A stretch of 64,000 bases of DNA from Promethearchaeota archaeon (lineage in GTDB: Archaea > Asgardarchaeota > Heimdallarchaeia > Hodarchaeales > Hodarchaeaceae). The stretch is from the NCBI GenBank assembly GCA_048938105.1, contig JBHLMN010000002.1, positions 192,001-256,000 on the forward strand, written 5' to 3'. Numbering within the stretch: position 1 is the stretch's first letter; each line of letters opens with the position of its first letter. Shown piece by piece: positions 60,653 to 64,000 of this stretch. Below the pieces are notes generated by a model that saw only the letters and a list, made by a program, of their open reading frames with translations, ran no database searches and was not told the origin of the DNA. A program made the position numbers and the translations under genes.

Positions 60653-62188
60653 TCAGAGATACATTGCTAATTCTACTATTTCAGAGATATCCTTAATCTG
60701 TAGTGGGATGGATTTCCTTCGAGACGTAATATAGAAATTCATTTGACACTGTGGACAAGCAGTTGTTAATAAATTAACATTGATTGGAATTACGTCTTCT
60801 GTTAGTCTTGTATAAGTAGACTCCATACTCACATGATGATTAAATGACCAAAGACCACCTCCCCCTCCACAACATCGTGATTTGTCTTTGTTAAAAGGCA
60901 TTTCAACAAGTTTTAAGTCAGGTATAGATTTTAGAACCTTACGAGGAGCCTCATAAACATTACTGTGCCTCCCTAAAGAACAAGGATCATGATAAGTTAC
61001 CTTCTGGTCTACCTCCCTTAGTTCTATCTCTCCCGTCCTTATCTTATTTTCAAGGAATTGTGTTGAATGATATGTCTTACATGGTAAAGAAATATCAAGA
61101 ATCTCTGGGTATAATCTTGTAAATGTATAATAACATCCTGCACAAGATGTTACCACTGATTCAGCTTTTGTCTTTTTTATTTTTTTAATGAGTTCCTGTG
61201 CAACCTGTTTTGCTTCATCCCATAGACCTGAAACAAGTAAAACGTAACCACAACATCCCTCATCTTTTTTTAACATTGTAAAGTTTTCATTGGTATGATT
61301 TAAGATGTTAAAGAAGGCTTTAGCTGTGTTTGGTGTTCTATTTGCTACTACGCATCCAATAAAATAGAGTAGATCAGCTTCTTGTGGTAGTTTTTTGTGT
61401 TGTACATCCTTTATCCATGCAAGTCGTTGTTCAATTGGAACAGCACTAGGATCTCCATATTCTAAGATATTTTGAGCTGTTGAATTAAATACCTCTGGAA
61501 CCATATTATTTTCTGCAATATACCGTCTCATTCGAACAATCGCCTCATGAAGATCTACTTTTTGAAAACATTCTCCAAAACAACGTCCACACTTACTGCA
61601 ATTATATAAAACATCAATGATTTTATTTGTAAGATTTAATTCTCCCTTCATTACCCCCTTAATTAATAATCCTCTACCTCTTGCAGAATATGTTTCTACT
61701 CCGTTATAGGAAGGAGTAACAGTGCAGTAATCGCTACATATCGAAGATTGGAGACATGTATTTCCAAATTTTTGGATAAACAGTGTTTGTACAGCTAAAG
61801 CGAAATTTCGATAGGTTCCATGACCAATACGACGAAGTTCAGCCAAATATTTATTTATATCTGATTTTTGTATCTTATTCGTGACATCTTTATCGAGTGT
61901 CGGAATTTTTACATCGTCCAACAATATGATTGTATCAGAATTTGCGATAGTAGATGGGAGAGAATCTCCCCTTTGAATTAATGTTACATTCTTTTTTTCA
62001 ATTACTTCAAAGATTTTTTCTTTTTGATCTAATGAATATACTTTGACCACAATGTCAGGTAATGGATAAACCTGATCCATGAAGATTTTTTCAAATGAAT
62101 AAACATAACGGTCTTCCAAGTCAGTTAGGACATGAATTTTTGTAGAGGTCTGTTTTAGCTGTTCAACAAGTGTTTTTTGTGATACCAT
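60653..62188 (-). CDS. HdrD/GlcF-like Fe-S oxidoreductase (two CCG domains) with a vestigial FAD-oxidase N-terminus
   Basis: SARGR, CSKCGRCFGEC, YFIGC, EGCCG, TSCAGC, YHDPCSLGR, CCGGGGG, TACPQC. Confidence 0.85.
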   Translation of the reverse strand: MVSQKTLVEQLKQTSTKIHVLTDLEDRYVYSFEKIFMDQVYPLPDIVVKVYSLDQKEKIFEVIEKKNVTLIQRGDSLPSTIANSDTIILLDDVKIPTLDKDVTNKIQKSDINKYLAELRRIGHGTYRNFALAVQTLFIQKFGNTCLQSSICSDYCTVTPSYNGVETYSARGRGLLIKGVMKGELNLTNKIIDVLYNCSKCGRCFGECFQKVDLHEAIVRMRRYIAENNMVPEVFNSTAQNILEYGDPSAVPIEQRLAWIKDVQHKKLPQEADLLYFIGCVVANRTPNTAKAFFNILNHTNENFTMLKKDEGCCGYVLLVSGLWDEAKQVAQELIKKIKKTKAESVVTSCAGCYYTFTRLYPEILDISLPCKTYHSTQFLENKIRTGEIELREVDQKVTYHDPCSLGRHSNVYEAPRKVLKSIPDLKLVEMPFNKDKSRCCGGGGGLWSFNHHVSMESTYTRLTEDVIPINVNLLTTACPQCQMNFYITSRRKSIPLQIKDISEIVELAMYL

Positions 62189-62367
62189 GTTAGTAAAGCT
62201 TGAGAGTAGAAGGTTTTTATTAATTTCCTGAATTCATTATGAAAACCAGTGGATCTCTCTCGATTTATGAATAGGATCGAAATTCTCATTGAGTGGAAAT
62301 TTTGAGGGAATTTTATCCTATTTAACACTTGTAAAAGAATGAAACATAATGTACTGGTGATAATAAA

Positions 62368-63135
62368 TTGACTAATGATTTAATTCAAGTTGAGAAAAGT
62401 AATAACATTGGAAAAATAACATTTAACAATGGAGATTGGAATATTTTAAACATCGCAATGATGAAACAAATTAACGAAGCTCTTGAGAACTTTATAAACG
62501 ACCAATCTCTTAAAGCAGTCGTGATTGACCATAATGGACGATCTTTTTCTGCAGGAGTTGATGTAGGTGAGCATATGGGTGATCTGGCTCCAAAAATGTT
62601 GAAAGAATTTCATGGTATGTTTAAAAAACTAAATCGATTGAATTGTCCGACCATTGCTAGTGTTAAAGGAGCAGCTCTTGGTGGTGGATGTGAGGTAGCA
62701 GTATTTTGTGATATGGTTCTCGCTTCCGAGAAAGCGAAATTTGGACAACCCGAAATTAAAGTGGGCGTATTTCCCCCCGTATCCGTATTAATATTCCCCT
62801 ATCTAACAGGACACAAGAAAGCGTACGAACTTCTACTTCAAGGAGAAACAATCAGTGCTAATGAAGCACATCGCCTCGGTTTAGTTAATCATGTGTTTCC
62901 AATTGACTCGTACGAACAGGAATTTTCTAAATTTCTTGAAAGATTTAACAAACTAAGTACAGTTGTATTACAACATAGCAAGAAAGCGATTCGCCTGGGA
63001 TTTATGGATGATTTTGATTCTCAAATCGATAAAGTGGAAGAATATTACTTAAATGAACTTATGAAAACCCATGATGCGAATGAGGGATTGAAAGCCTTTG
63101 TAGAAAAACGTACTCCCGAATGGAAAAATCATTAG
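62368..63135 (+). CDS. Crotonase-family enzyme, probably cyclohexa-1,5-diene-1-carbonyl-CoA hydratase (Dch/BzdW-like)
   Basis: NILNIAMM, FSAGVDVGEH, MLKEFH, ALGGGCE, GQPEIKVGVFPP, E.YYLNELM.THDA.EG. Confidence 0.7.
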   Translation: MTNDLIQVEKSNNIGKITFNNGDWNILNIAMMKQINEALENFINDQSLKAVVIDHNGRSFSAGVDVGEHMGDLAPKMLKEFHGMFKKLNRLNCPTIASVKGAALGGGCEVAVFCDMVLASEKAKFGQPEIKVGVFPPVSVLIFPYLTGHKKAYELLLQGETISANEAHRLGLVNHVFPIDSYEQEFSKFLERFNKLSTVVLQHSKKAIRLGFMDDFDSQIDKVEEYYLNELMKTHDANEGLKAFVEKRTPEWKNH

Positions 63136-63163
63136 ACCTCACTCTCGACTCATAGTTTCCTTA

Positions 63164-63835
63164 ATGGTGAAGATTTTGTCACAGTCAGAAGTTACAATAA
63201 CATATCTAGGTCAATCTGGATTTCTTTTACAAGATGGAAATACAAATTTAGTGCTAGATCCAGGGAAAAAAATAGATCCTAGTATCCCAATAGACATTAT
63301 ATATGCCACCCATGACCATTTTGACCACGTGAATGGAATCAAACCTATATTGAAGACGAATCCAGGAGCGATACTTATAGGGAACAATCAGGTAATTAAA
63401 AAGTTCAAACATTTGACAGATAACCTTCAAATTGCGGAATCTGAAAAGAATATAAAGGTAAAATCTTGGCACCTATCGTTTTTTAAGTTTAGACATGGAA
63501 TATTCTCCAACGTAATGAATTTAGGTCTAATAGTTGAAAACCTTGAGTTTAAATTCGGACCTGTAGGAGATGCGGTAGAATTTAAGGCTTTTTATCAAAA
63601 AAACTTAGATATATTAGCACTTCCTATATCAGGATTCTTTGCTGCTTCTCCTACACGAGTTTTTCGCGAATTAAAAGAATTTAATTCAATTCCTAAAACG
63701 ATTATACCTATGCATTGGTTATTCAGACGACCAAGAAAATTCTGTAAGAAATTAATGAAAAAATTCCCAGACATAAGATGCATTATTCCAGAAAAAGGGG
63801 AAAAATTAGAATTTTGTAGAATGGAAGAATTATAA
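63164..63835 (+). CDS. Metallo-beta-lactamase-fold hydrolase (UlaG/UPF0173-like)
   Basis: YLGQSGF, THDHFDH, GDA, LPISG, IPMHW. Confidence 0.85.
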   Translation: MVKILSQSEVTITYLGQSGFLLQDGNTNLVLDPGKKIDPSIPIDIIYATHDHFDHVNGIKPILKTNPGAILIGNNQVIKKFKHLTDNLQIAESEKNIKVKSWHLSFFKFRHGIFSNVMNLGLIVENLEFKFGPVGDAVEFKAFYQKNLDILALPISGFFAASPTRVFRELKEFNSIPKTIIPMHWLFRRPRKFCKKLMKKFPDIRCIIPEKGEKLEFCRMEEL

Positions 63836-64000
63836 TCAGACTTAATTTCATCGATTTTGATATTCAAATTGATCAATTCGAAGAATATTGCTTGAATACT
63901 CTCATTAAAATTAAGGACACAAATAGATGGAGTAGTAGTATTTGTTGAAAAATGTTAGGATTTATTTTCTGTGTTCCTTTTCAGATTATTTAATTGAAAA

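Noticed and set aside
466-63876. Numerous 60-150 aa ORFs antisense to or overlapping long genes (for example 5730-6101, 36044-36421, 55094-55552)
   Set aside because: Shadow ORFs of well-supported genes, with no motifs of their own.
1-64000. tRNA, rRNA and CRISPR arrays
   Set aside because: I saw no cloverleaf or T-loop signatures, long GC-rich structural RNA or repeat-spacer arrays by eye; tRNAscan-SE and Infernal would confirm.

Overview
A 64-kb, AT-rich (roughly one-third GC by eye) archaeal chromosomal segment. It is most likely from an Asgard archaeon (Heimdallarchaeia/Hodarchaeales-like); this is inferred from the giant Ig-repeat surface proteins, an LRR protein, a membrane-anchored longin/uDENN-like domain and a PC/HEAT-repeat protein. 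Metabolic content centres on anaerobic acyl-CoA and aromatic catabolism: a Bzd-type class I benzoyl-CoA reductase operon (DUF2080-like gene, GNAT, bzdNOPQ, ferredoxin bzdM, bzdV-like oxidoreductase), a probable dienoyl-CoA hydratase, crotonase, SDR, ADP-forming acyl-CoA synthetase alpha subunit, 2-hydroxyacyl-CoA dehydratase with its activase, a tungsten AOR operon and pyruvate kinase. Top finding: a gamma-carbonic-anhydrase/PaaY-family gene (9853-10412), mostly missed by the ORF track, is interrupted by a 29-nt stop-containing insert (9925-9953). Its junctions fold into a canonical archaeal bulge-helix-bulge (BHB) motif, and cutting by the tRNA-splicing-endonuclease rule restores the reading frame exactly, so it is a candidate mRNA intron in a metabolic gene. 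A weaker, in-frame candidate lies in the LRR gene. Also present are a tnpB/omegaRNA remnant, a diverged partial duplication of a histidine kinase 5' end, operator-like repeats before the bzd operon and a VapBC pair. I recognised no rRNA, tRNA or CRISPR array. All assignments come from reading motifs by eye; no database searches were run.
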